Positions 38,860 to 50,460 of a stretch of 64,000 bases of DNA are shown here, one piece after another. The notes under the pieces are model-generated. The model saw only the letters and a list, made by a program, of their open reading frames with translations, made no database searches and had not been told where the DNA came from. Position 1 is the stretch's first letter, and every line of letters starts with the position of its first letter. The translations under genes were made by a program, and so were the position numbers. Source of the DNA: Callorhinchus milii (Eukaryota); assembly GCF_018977255.1 (NCBI RefSeq), contig NW_024704742.1, positions 14,014,001-14,078,000 of the forward strand. Direction: 5' to 3'.

Positions 38860-41322
38860 TCACAGATGGAGCAAAACAAATTATTTGTACAATTTATATC
38901 TCTGAAACATGGTTACAAGGCGATCTAGGGTGGGAGTTAAGTATTCCATGGTTCTCAGTTTGCAGAAAAGATAGGCACTGTGGGAAACGAGATGGGGTTG
39001 GTGAGTGGCCCTGTTAATTAGAGATGAAATAAAAGCAGTGGAGAGGAAGGATCTGAAATCTGATGACTAGGAGGTAGAGACAATATGGGTGGAAATAAAA
39101 AATAATAAGGGGCAGAAAATATTAATGGGAATGGGTTATAGACCCCCAAACAGTGATCACAATATAGCACAAGGTATTAATCAGGAAATCTGTGGACCAT
39201 GTAGGAAAGGTGAAGTGATATTAGTGGGTAATTTCAATCTCCACATAGATTGGGAAAACCAAATCGGCAAAAGTAGGTCAGAAGAAGAGTTCATTGGGTG
39301 TATGAGAAATAACTTTCTAGAGCAGCATGTCGAGGAACCAACCAGGGGATAGGCCATCCTAGACCTTGTTTTGTGTACGAAACAGGGCTAGTCGACAGTG
39401 TAGGTATTAAGACTACTCTAGGGCAGAGTGATCACAATATGATTGAATTCTGCATTAAGTTAGAGAGGGATATAGTTAAATCCGAGGCAAGTATTCTGAA
39501 TTTAAATAGGGCTAATTTTGTAGGTATGAGGAAAGATTTAGGTAAAATAGACTGGAGAATAAGATAAAGAGGTAAAAATGTAGACCAACAGTGGCAAATA
39601 TTTAAGGATATAGTGCATAATTCTCAGCGGTCGCATATTCCCTTGCGGAATAAGAGTACCACAGGGAAAGCAATTCATCTGTGGCTAACTAGAGAAGTTA
39701 GGGAAAGTATCAAATTAAAAGAAAAAGTTTATAAAACTGCCAAGAAAAGCGGCAAATCTGAAGCTTGGGAGAGTTTATAAAGCAGCAAACAAAAACTGAA
39801 AAACTCATTAAGAGCGAGAAAAAGGAGTATGAAGGTAAGCTAGCTAGGAACGTTAAGTCAGATTGTAAAAGTTTTTACAAATACATTAAGAGGAATCGGC
39901 TAGTGAGGGTAAATGTAGGTCCACTTCAATCAGAGACGGGAGAAGTTGTAATGGGGGATAAGGACATGGCAGAGTCCCTAAATGGGTACTTTGCATCTGT
40001 CTTCACCCTAGAAGACACAACAAGTCTGCCAATAATAGGGATGCACCAAGGGGATAAGGACAGGGAGCAACTTAGGGAAATTTTCATTAGTAGAGAATTG
40101 GTGCTAGGGAAACTATTAGCACTAAAAAGTGACAAATTCCCTGATCCGGGTGGCTTGCATCCCACGGTTTTAAAAGAGGTAGCTTATGAGATAGTGGAGG
40201 CCTTGTATCTGATCTTCCAAAATTCCTTGGATTCTGGAACAGTCCCCATGGATTGGAAGATCGCAAATGTCACACCACAAAAAAGGTGGAAAGGAAAAGA
40301 TGGGGAACTATAGGCCAGTTAGTCTTACATCGTGGTTGACACAAAACTAGGAGAAGTGTCAACACAGAGGATGACATTAAAAAAATGCAGCGCGACATAG
40401 ATAGGTCAGGTGATTGTGCAGATAGGTGGCAGATGAAGTATAATGTAGGGAAGTGCGAAGTTATCCACCTAGGGAGCAAAAACCTTAGAGCAGGTTATTT
40501 TTTTTAGAAGGGGAGAGATTGGAATGTGTTGGCAACCAGAGGGACTTGGGTGTCCTTGTACACCAAACACAGAAAGTTAGTCTGCAGGTGCAGCAGCAAT
40601 TAGGAAGGAGAACAGTATGTTAGCATTCATTATGAAAGGATTAGAGTATAAGAGTAGGGAAGTCTTGCTGCAACTGTATAGGGCCCTGGTGAGACCACAC
40701 CTGGAATACTGTGTGCAGTTTTGTCTCCTTATTTAAGGAAGGATGTACTTGCCTTGGAAGGGGTGCAGAGTAGATTTACTAGGTTAGTACCAGGGATGAA
40801 GGGGATGAGTTACGAGGATAGGCTGATCAATTTGGGCCTATATTCTCCAGAATATAGAATAATTAGAGGGGATCTTATAGAAACCTATAGGATCATCAAA
40901 GGGCATGATAGAGTAGATAGTGGGAGATTGTTTCACAACCTTAAAAATCAGAGGCCAGTCCTTTCGCACTGAGTTGAGGAAGAACTTCTTCACTCAAACG
41001 GTGGTGAATGTATGGAACTCACTACCCCAAAGGGCTGTTGACACTCAGTCCTTGAACATATTCAAGACTGAGATAGATATATTTCTTATTGCAAAGGGAT
41101 TAAGGGATATGGGGATAAGGCAGGGTTATATTATTAGCTGGAGTTAGATTAGAAGATCAGCCATGATTGAATGGCGGGGCAGGCTCGAAGGGCTGAATGG
41201 CCTACTCCTGCTCCTACATGTTATGTTATGTTTTGTTAAGGATGTTGACCACCGCCTCTCTCGCCCTCACACCCGTCCCCTCCAGGATCTCAGCCAAGAA
41301 AAGTGTCTCCTGTGCTCCGACA
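38860..41322 (+). mobile_element. CR1 LINE ORF2 pseudogene with RT-core deletion and non-CR1 3' extension
   Basis: Endonuclease motifs ETWL, YRPP, GNFN, EPTRG and SDH; linker LNGYFASVFT and DWKIANVTP; GNYRPVSLTS joined directly to DTKL at about 40335; C-terminus RPHLEYCVQ and LEGVQ; (ATGTT)n at about 41217-41237; then an 85-nt extension. Confidence 0.93.
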
Positions 41323-41335
41323 TCACTACTAATAA

Positions 41336-41801
41336 AACATAAATTGGCAGATGCTGGAAATCTGAAACAAAAACAGAAGTCTTATCTTTATTGATTACAA
41401 TAATTTCAGACCATAACAGCTCACCTCCCCCCTCCCCGTCTTCTGTGACCATTACCACATCATCTGGGTCTCGGACACACCTTTTCTCTCTCTGGTCTGC
41501 CTATTTTGTTGCAATTTCCTCCACCACCCCCTTTGTTTTGCATTATTAACCCTGTTCTGTTGCAAATTCCCCCCATTGTTTTGCATCATTAAAACCTCTT
41601 TAACCCATCATCCCCTGTCCTCATTTTCTACTTTGTCTTCCTTGCCCTGCCTCCCCCCTGTCTGTTAGCCCTTAAAGGTGTCTCCCTCCCAACATGCCCC
41701 AGTTCTGATGAAGGGTCGTGGACCCAAAACATTGATTTACTTTCCGTTTTCCATAGATGCTGCCTGACCTGCTGAGTGTTCCCAGTGACTTCTATTTTGA
41801 T
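41336..41801 (+). mobile_element. Penelope-like element 3' fragment with an inverted pLTR piece
   Basis: 13-bp target duplication tcactactaataa (41323-41335 and 41802-41814). ORF end ..YNNFRP* at about 41395-41416, pLTR motif gatgctgcctgacctgctgag, and an inverted piece gatgctggaaatctgaaacaaaaacagaa at the left end. Confidence 0.85.
41695..41740 (+). ncRNA. Degenerate minimal hammerhead ribozyme motif in the Penelope pLTR
   Basis: CTGATGA (41705-41711), stem II gggtc-gtg-gaccc, then AAAAC where the hammerhead core requires GAAAC (consistent with CpG decay). Confidence 0.6.
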
Positions 41802-42289
41802 TCACTACTAATAATTAGTCAAGGAACCTATTTCAATACAACAATAGTACTTTACAGTTATCTAGTGGTTTCCACATTGGGAGGAAACCTCAAAGCATTT
41901 CACATAGTTGGTGGGGAGGGGACGTGCGCAAAATGTCCGACACAAGATTGAAAAGATAGATTTTCAGTCAGGCTTTAACGTCATGGAGGGAGGGAGAAGT
42001 GAGGGGCTCTGTGGAGTTCCAGAGAGAGGGGTCAGAATGTCTGAAAGTTTGACCACTGATGGTGAGGTTCAGGGAATCAGGGGATATGAACCAGGCCAAG
42101 AAGATAGATCTTTTTTTCACCCTGGTGTAGAAGAAGCATATTAGGATAGAATTTTAGCTGAATATATTTGTCTACAGTAGTACTACGTTGACAGTATTCT
42201 ACTTATATCAACATTAGTGTGCACAGCAACCTGTTATTCAGTAACCAAATGGAATATTAATAGAAGCAAGGTTTTCGTTTATCTGAAAA

Positions 42290-42490
42290 GAGAAGGGTGT
42301 TTCTTCCGGTATCCTGGCCAACAAGCCCCAAGATAAAGTTGAGCAGTTATTACTTCCTGGTTGGTTGTGGGATATTGCTGGGATCAAACTGTCTGTCCTA
42401 TTCAGCTACAAAATACTGAGTCACTACACTTTACAGTAAATTCTGTGAAGTGCTTTGAGAAATCCTCACAATGTGAAAGGTGCTATATCA
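42290..42490 (+). mobile_element. Deu-domain SINE 3' part
   Basis: ccggtatcctggccaac...ttctgtgaagtgctttgag...gtgaaaggtgctatatca. Confidence 0.7.
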
Positions 42491-42817
42491 ATAATAATAA
42501 TAATAATAATAATCCTTGCATTTGATATAGCGCTTTTCACGTCGGGAGGACGTCCCAAAGCGCTTCACAGAACACACTGTAAAGTGAATTGACTGTATAT
42601 TTGTGGGCGAACGTGGCAGCCAATTGCGCACAGCAATGTCCCACAAACATTGATTGAAAATGACCAATTTATTATTGTTTTTGGTTTTGGAGGGATTATT
42701 ATTAGGCTCTGTGTGGAGTAAGGAAACTTGCCCAAGGTTTCGCCCTCTGCCTGGAATTGAACTCAGGTCTCTCACTTGCAAAGCGAGTGCTCTAACCACT
42801 GAGCTACAGGACTCCAC
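42490..42817 (-). mobile_element. tRNA-Ala SINE, young, full length
   Basis: Nearly identical to the 16061, 25278 and 38048 copies. Confidence 0.95.
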
Positions 42818-43439
42818 ACATGGATGTTCTGTGAAGCGCTTTGAGACGTCTCAAAGACGTGATAAGGAGCTATATGAAAAACAAAGATTATTATTATGAA
42901 TTACTTACTGCTAAGTAAACAGGCGTGTGGAGTAAGGAAACGTGCCCAACATTTCGTCCTGCTCTGGAATCAAACGCAGGTCTCACGCTGGCAAAGTGAG
43001 CTACAGGACTCCACAATTGCTGTTAAGTGCAGTGACCTTGCACCAGCAAGGTCCTTGATCTCCAATCTTCCTCAAAGCTTGCTGATGTTATGCTCATGCC
43101 TTTAATTATACAGGTGCAGCCTCTCAGCATTTTAAACAACTGAAATATGACCCTGCTGATCTTAGTTCGCCAGTGAAAATAAATTCATTTCTCTCATAGC
43201 ATCAAATCCCAGGATCGTCTGAATCACTGTTTACTGGACTGTTTGTAATGCTTCAGTGGATGTTTGACAAAACAATCTGTACAGTTCCTGTATGTACTTT
43301 ATTATCTTCCTTTAAGAGAAGTAAACACGTGCATTGGGGCTTTTCAGTAATGTTGCATAATAGACGTCAGATCAAGCCTCAGTCTATTGTATATGTCTAT
43401 TAAAGGAACATTTAGCTGCAACTACAGAAAAAATCGATA

Positions 43440-44310
43440 ATAACAACAACAAGATTACATTTGTATAGTGCCTTTCACGTCGAGAGGACATTCCAAGGCT
43501 CTGGACAGAGTACAGCATTTCAGACCTGAGCTGGGGTCAGGGGAGGGGAAGGGAGGGGAGGGGAAGGAGGGTGGCCTATGGCATGGTCGAAGAGGAGGGG
43601 GCGAGGCAGAGTGACTGCTGGAATTCCAGAGGTTGGGGGCAGAGTGGCTGAAGGCTCTCCCGCCATTGGTGGCGGGTGGGTTGGGGGACGTGGAGGAGGC
43701 CGGAGCCGGCTGACCGGAGGGAATAGGCAGGTTGATAGGGGGTTAGGAGGCCGCAGAGGTAGGGTGGGGCGAGGCCATGGAGGGCTTTGTATGTGAGGAC
43801 CAAGATCTTGAACTGAATCCTCTGAAGGATAGGGAACCAGTGGAGTCGGGCGAGAATGGGGGAGATGGGGTCACGGAGTTTGGTGTGGGAGAGGACACGG
43901 GCTGCAGAGTTCTGCATTATCTGCAGCCTGTGGAGGGAGGAGTTGGGAAGGCCGACAAGTAGGGAGTTTGCATAGTCGAGCCTGGAGGTGATGAAGGCAT
44001 GAACAAGAGTTTCAGTGGCCTGAGGGGTGAGGTAGTGGCGGAGTCGGGCGATGTTACGGAGGTGAGGGAAGACAGAGCGGGTCATGGCTTGGATATGGGG
44101 AAAAAAAGCCTGTTGAGGGTTGAACAAGACACCGAGGTTCCTGACTGGCTTGGTGAGTTGAAGTGTGCAACCATGGAGGTTGATGCTGCCAGAGCCTGAG
44201 GTGCGGAGGCGCTGGCGTGAGCCAATCAGGAGGGCCTCAGTCTTGTTCGCATTCAACTGTAGGAAATTTGCCCTCATCCAGGACTTGACGTCCGACAGGC
44301 AGTCTGTCAG
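43440..44310 (-). mobile_element. 5'-truncated L2 LINE (tail type A)
   Basis: ORF 43576..44277 has LNANKTE, VRNLGV, SRLDYANSLL and LHW; it closely resembles the 10913 copy. Confidence 0.95.
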
Positions 44311-44947
44311 ATAATGAATAGATCAGCAAATAAAAATTTAAAGACAGTAACAATAAGAAAAATACTTCCACTGTACAATATTTATCCCCTACCCTGTACC
44401 ACATTGCTCACTATTAACATTCTCCTGATGTACACAGTAATACAAGGACTGCAATACTTTAAAGAAAATATCCACCTCCACCTTCCCAGAACAACTGAAC
44501 AGGGGTAATAAATGCAGATCCTGCCAGTGTCACCCACATCGATGGATTTTTTTAAATGTTGAAAGAATTGAACAGTCAGCTATTTTATGTTGACGAAGAT
44601 GAAGGGACTTACTTATATTAGATAAAAGTAGACTTCATGGAGTTCAACTACTAGCTGCTGCCCATAGAGCTTTTACAAAGATATAAATGGGAGATCATTT
44701 TCTTTTCATTGTGGGCCCTGTTGAGTTTAGCTACGAACACAGCAAATGTCAGCATGGTCTACATTAAAAGAAAAATAACAGTTCTTAGCCACTCTGCAAA
44801 AGCATCAATTACACAACCATCAATGTCAGTTATCAAATGCCCGCTCTTCAGATTTCCCTGTTTAGTATCACCAAGAGAATATTGCATTCACTTTGAGGAA
44901 ATATCTCCCAGGCTATAGAGAGCAACACTTTAAGAATTATTCAGCAA

Positions 44948-45375
44948 AATAATAAATAATCCTTGCATTTGATGTAGCGCCTTATCATATCAAAACATAC
45001 TTCATGAGTATTCTGTAATGTGTAATGACTGTATTTGTAGGCAAATGCAACAGACAATTTGTACCCAGCAATTTCCTCAAAACAGCCATGAAATGAACCA
45101 TAGATTTTTTTAATCCAGGGAATGCTGGTAAACACACTAGGAGAACCTTCCTAACTCTTTTTGAAAAATACCATGGGATCTTTCACATGCACCTGTAGAT
45201 GAGACTTTGGTTAATATTTTATCTGAAGGATGGCACTTCCGACTTTGCATCTCACTCCGGCATTGCATTGGAGTGTAAGCCTAGCCTATAAGTTCAAAGC
45301 CCTAATGTGGGGCATGAATCCATAACTTTCTAACACATATCAAGAATGCTACCAGCTGAGCCAGGCTGACACCTA
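44948..45375 (-). mobile_element. Deu-domain (SacSINE1-like) SINE, near full length
   Basis: Tail, ccatgggatctttcacatgcacctg, tctgaaggatggcac, and the head gctaccagctgagccaggctgac. Confidence 0.8.
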
Positions 45376-46094
45376 GCAAAGGAAGGAGGCAGCTAGAAAT
45401 ATAAATTTAAGATACACTGGAGGATAAGGCATGCACTGACAATACTTTGCTGTACAGTTATCTTTCCCTTCAGATGGTCAGATATAAAATTTCAGACTGA
45501 AATTGTTTCCATAAGTGCTATGGAAGCTGAAAATCTATCTTGATTGAAAAATGTGGGAATCTGGTCAAAGATTTTAAAATACGGATGCAAACTGAGAAAT
45601 GTTATCCAGGATATGATATTTTCCAAAAAATCATAAAGTTGTAGGATGTTTTATAAGCACAGTAATCTTAAAGAATCTCTTCACTTGCAGAGTTGTGGAA
45701 CTGGCGTTAGTAAACATCAACTCAACTGAAGCAAACACAAGTAGAATTCAACCGCAAGATCACAAGTGTTTCACATGCAAAATAGCGTCAGCTCATTTGA
45801 TCTCATTCTTCCAGAAAACAAAGTCCTAGTGTAGCATCGAGCTATTCTTAAATGAGCACAATGGCTTGGTTTATAACACCCTTCTGGCAAATTGTTGTAG
45901 TTGTCAATTACCCTGACGCTGTGCCGTCTTGTCAGTGAAAGGTCCATTCTTGGGAAGTTGCTTAATTATCAATCTCTCTTCATCAGAGCCTTTGTGCCAA
46001 ATTTATGGTAGCTCATTTTCAACACTTAAAGCTCAGCGCTGATCTTTAACCGTGCACATTGCCATTTCTAATTCAGAAAGAAGAGCGATGAGAT

Positions 46095-49000
46095 AACAAC
46101 AACAACAACAAGATTGCATTTATAGAGCGCCTTTCACATCGGGAGGACATCCCAAGGTGCTGGACAGTTGGGTCAGAACCCGAGCAGGGGGAAATGGTCA
46201 GGGTGAGGGGAGGGGAGGGAAGGGAGGGAGCGAGGAGGGGGTAGAGAGTCGAGAGGGGAGGTGAAGGCATGGTTGAAGAGAAAGATCTTGAGACCGGTCT
46301 TGAAGAAGGAAAGGGAGGAAGCAAGGTGAAGGCACTGGGGGATAGAGTTCCAGAGCCTAGGGGCTGAGAGGCTGAAGGCCCGACCACCGATGGTAGGGCG
46401 ATTGGGGCGGGGGATGTGGAGCAGACCGGAGCCGGAGGAGCGGAGGGTACGGGCAGGTAGGTAGGGGGATAGTAGGTCAGAGAGGTAGGAGGGAGCAAGG
46501 CCGTGAATGGCCTTGTAGGTGAGGGTGAGGATCTTGAAATCAATCCTCTGGGGGATGGGGAGCCAGTGGAGGCGAGCGAGGGTGGGAGTGATGTGGTCCC
46601 GAAGCCTGGTGCAGGACAGTGCATGAGCTGCAGAGTTCTGAATGACCTGCAGCTTGTGGAGGGAGGTGCCGGGAAGGCCGGCGAGGAGAGAGTTCCCGTA
46701 GTCCAGCCTTGAGGTGATAAAGGCGTGGACCAGAGTTTCAGCAGCGTGAGGGGTGATGTAGTGCCATAGTCTGGTGATGTTCCGGAGGTGGTGGAAGGCG
46801 GTGCCAGTTGTGTCGCGGATATGGGGAAGAAAGGACAGCTCAGGGTCGAACAGAACCCCAAGGTTCCTGACTGGCTTTGAGAGGTGGAGAGTGCAGCCTT
46901 GGATGCAGATGCTGTCAGAGCCTGAGGTGCGGAGGCGCTGATGTGAGTCAATCAGGAGGGCCTCAGTTTTGCTCACGTTGAGCCGAAGAAAGTTGTCTCT
47001 CGTCCAGGACTCGATGTCGGACAGGCAGCTGTCAGGACATCGGTGGTCGTGGAGTTGAGGGTAGAAGAGGAAAGGTAGAGTTGGGTGTCATCCGCATACA
47101 TGTGGAAGTTAACCCCATGTCTGCGGATGATGTCACCAAGGGGGAGCATATAGAGGGTGAAGAGGAGGGGACCGAGGACAGAGCCCTGAGGGGCACTGCA
47201 CGAGACAGTGCGGGGGGTGGAGGAAAAGCTATTAGCGGAGACAAAATGAAGACGGTGGGAGAGGTAGGACCTAAACCACTCAAGGACAGGGCCTTGAAGG
47301 TTGAGGTGGCAGGACAAGTGGTGGAGGAGGATAGAGTGGTCGACCGTATCGAATGCGGCCGATTGGTCGAGGAGGACGAGGAGGCAGAGGGAGCCCTGGT
47401 CACAGATGGTCAAGATGTCATTAGTGACCTTGACCAGGGCGGTTTCCGTGCTATGGGCAGCACGGAAACCCGACTGGATGGGTTCAAAAAGTGAATGGGT
47501 GGAGAGGAAAGAGCACAGATGGGAGGCGACGACTCTTTCGAGAACCTTGGACAGGAAGGGGAGGTTGGAGATGGGCCGATAGCTTGATAGCTGCGACGCA
47601 TCAAGGGAGGGTTTTTTCAGTGTGGGAGTGATGGTGGCAGTTTTGAGGGGAATGGGAACAGAGCCAGAGGAGAGGGACAGGTTAATGGTGTCTGTGAGAA
47701 GTGGGGCAAGGAGGTGGAGCTGGGAGATAAGGAGTGGAGTGGGGATGGGGTCCAGGGAGCAGGTGGTGGGTTTCAAGGACAGGATGAGGTTGGTGACAGA
47801 GGGTGGAGAAACGGGTTCAAAGATGTGTTGGGGAGGATGGGTAGTAGTCGGAGTGTGGGAGGGAGGGGGTGGGGGCTGGGTGGAAGTTGGAGGGGCAGTG
47901 ACCGCAGAGCGGATTCCCTTGATTGTGGATTCAAGGAAATCCAGCATCTCCTTGCAGTGTAGGTTGGAGGAGATGACCTGCGCGGAGTGGCGGGGGGGGA
48001 CGGAGGAGTCGGGATGTGGTAGAGAACAGAAGCCTGGGGTTGTTCTTCGACTTGGCCGAGGCTAGAGTGGAGCGGTAGATTTTGAGGAGGTCCAGCCAGA
48101 TTTGTCGGTGGACCGTTAGGCCAGATTTGAGGCAGGTGCGTTCAGCGGCCCGCACCTGGCTCTTCAGTGAGCGGAGGTGGGTGGTGAACCAGGGGGAGGA
48201 GCGAGAGTAAGAGACAGTACGGGAGGTGATGGGGGCAAGAGTGTCGAGTGTGGAGGAGAGGGTGTTGTGGAGGAGGGTGAGAGCAGAAGAAGGATCAGTG
48301 AAGGATGAAGGCCAGAGGGAGAGGAGTTCAGAGGACTCCAAGGCAGCGGTTAGAGATCGTGGGGGTAATTTCTTCCAGGGGTGGTAGAAGATGGTGGTGG
48401 GTCTGGTGGAGGCAGGGAGGGGGGTGGAGGTGGTGAAGGAGATGAAGTGGTGATTGGAGACGGCCTTATCGGTAATAGTGACATCCGAGACACTGAGGCC
48501 CCATGAGGTGATCACCAAATCGAGTGGGTGGCCGTGAACGTGAGTGGCGGAGTTGATGTGGAGGGAGAGGTTGAGCGAGGAGAGAAGGGAGCAGAAGTCC
48601 GAGGAGGTGGAGCAGGAGGGGATGAAGTGCAGGTTGAAGTCTCCCAGGATGTTGAAGTGATCAGAGCAGAGGCAGAGAAATGTTAGGAGGGTAGAAATGT
48701 CAGAGATGAAGGTGGGAGAGGTTTTAGGGGGCCGGTAGAGAAGGAGGATTTTGAGTGAGAGATGGGAGGGGTGGGAGAGGGTGAGGTGCTCAAAAGAGGG
48801 GAAAGAGCCAGAGGAGTAGGGGGATAGGGCAAGTGGTGTCCTTGAGATAAGGGCTACACCACCGCCACGGCGGTTGGGGCGAGGGATGTGGTGGGAGGTG
48901 TAGCCGGGTGGTGTGGCCTCCGTGAGGGGGAAGGTGTCGCCTGGGGTGAGCCAGGTTTCAGTTAAGGCCATGATGTCAACGCTCACGTCAAGGATGAGAT

Positions 49001-49545
49001 CGTTGATGACCAGGGCCTTGTTACAGAGGGAGCGGACGTTTTGTCGTCCGATGTGGAGGGAGCGGTTGACAGAAGGGTGTGTGGGGAGGGAGGGGGGTCC
49101 AGATTGTGAGGCAGGGGTGGGGGGATGGGGATGAGGGAGGAGAGGTTGGCTCCCCGAGTCTGTGTGCGGGGTGGCTGGCGAGTGTGGTGGGGAATGGGGC
49201 AATCGGTGTGGCTGCTGCTGGACAACCAACGCCAAGCTCCACGGTGAGCCCGGCGGAGGATTCCCAGGCTGGAACAGAGGGAGGTTGTGGAAGGGTCAAG
49301 TGGGGATAGAAGGCGAGAGGGATGGAGAGAAAGGAGGCCAGAGCGGGAGAGACGCAGAGGGGGGAGGGTTTGGAAGGAGGAGGGAGGGGGCTCAGGGGCT
49401 CGGGTCAGAGCGGCAGCCATAATGCGCACGCGTGGACCAGGAGCGAGCGGTAAGGTGGGCAACATTAGCCCATAGGCTGGGGCTCGGACAGCCAACCCAA
49501 CAGGACCATGGTGTTCCCATAAGAGAACATGGATGGGTCTGAGGT
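46095..49545 (-). mobile_element. Near-full-length single-ORF L2 LINE
   Basis: Candidate 5' leader, then APE endonuclease, RT, C-terminus, C-rich 3'UTR, stem-loop tail and (TTG)n. Confidence 0.97.
46173..49420 (-). pseudogene. L2 endonuclease-reverse transcriptase, frameshifted
   Basis: Likely ATG at 49420. Endonuclease motifs NVRSL, LTETWL, GGGVA, YRPP, GDFN, LDLVI and SNH (canonical SDH). RT motifs YRPISNL, QSGFR, AAFDTVDH, PQGSVLGP and YADD. Split across ORFs 48983..49600, 47931..49235, 46973..47947 and 46173..46976. Confidence 0.95.
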
Positions 49546-50159
49546 AAGAAAAGGATGAAATAAAATGAGGTGCTGAAGCATAACCCACACAAAGGAACAT
49601 GCTGATGGGCAGACTTCTCAGCTTTGGATTCTTATGCCACCATCTTTCGTGGTTTTGCAGTAAATCAGAAGTTGGCTCACTTAACTGGGAGAGCTTTTGC
49701 TTTCACTGCAGCAACAGCATTAGAAGCAGTACAGTGCTGTGAGTTTTGTAATTTTGTTGCTACTACACATTGATAAGGGCATTTGGGGGAAGATTGAAAT
49801 ACATCTGAGCTTCATGAGTTGAGGGCAACACAGGAATATTAATGAATTAGAGATATTTACCCTAAATGGTATTTTGTTGGAAACCCTTTTAAAATGTTTG
49901 TGTTCAACCTCCCCCTGTTCCACCTACACATACACGGTTCTGAATTTAATGATCTTGTGGGGAAATCATAGATCCAGAGAAAAGCTTATCTTGACTTTAT
50001 ATTCAATCTTTCAGCTTTATGTTTCCTTTAAGTAGCTGATTGCAGTTACAATATAAATTAACTGAAACATTTTTTCTTAGTCTGTTGATGGTCTATCCTA
50101 TTTATCAGCCTATTTTATATTTTAAATTCATAATACAAGTTAATAATTTTCTTTTCTTT

Positions 50160-50460
50160 AAACTGTGAAAGAGATGGGAAAGGAGGGGCAAGGCAAAGGG
50201 ATAGAAGGAGAGTGTTCCAGAGTTTCGGGGCATGGTGGCTGAAAGCATGGCCACTGATGGTGAAACGAAGGGCACGAGGGACAAGCTGGAAACAACTTAG
50301 CGGAGGCAACAGGTAATGGATTGGGGGGTGTGAAGGTCAAAGAGGTATGAAGGGATTTGAAGATGAGTGTGAGGATCTTGAAATCGAGGTCACATGAAGA
50401 ATGGTTATCTGGGCTGGGAATAGTACCAGTGGTTGTGGAGCTATAGACTAGCAACTCCAG
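50160..50460 (-). mobile_element. Old L2 3' fragment
   Basis: DFKILTLIFKSLH and AFSHHAPKLWNTL. Confidence 0.8.

Noticed and set aside
42488..42899. Recurrent ORFs MESCSSVVRALALQ... and MKMTNLLLF...
   Set aside because: These are chance translations of the two strands of the SINE.
46073..48065. Long Pro/Ser-rich and antisense ORFs overlapping the L2
   Set aside because: They are alternative-frame shadows of the C-rich L2 ORF with no independent motifs.
46173..49420. Active L2 or domesticated RT gene
   Set aside because: At least three frameshifts, an apparent deletion near 48050, and SDH changed to SNH in the endonuclease.
49440..49500. HDV-like ribozyme at the L2 5' end (gggcaacatt on +)
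   Set aside because: The motif is antisense to the element and no P3/L3/P1.1 can be formed on the sense strand. It is kept only as a generic structured leader.
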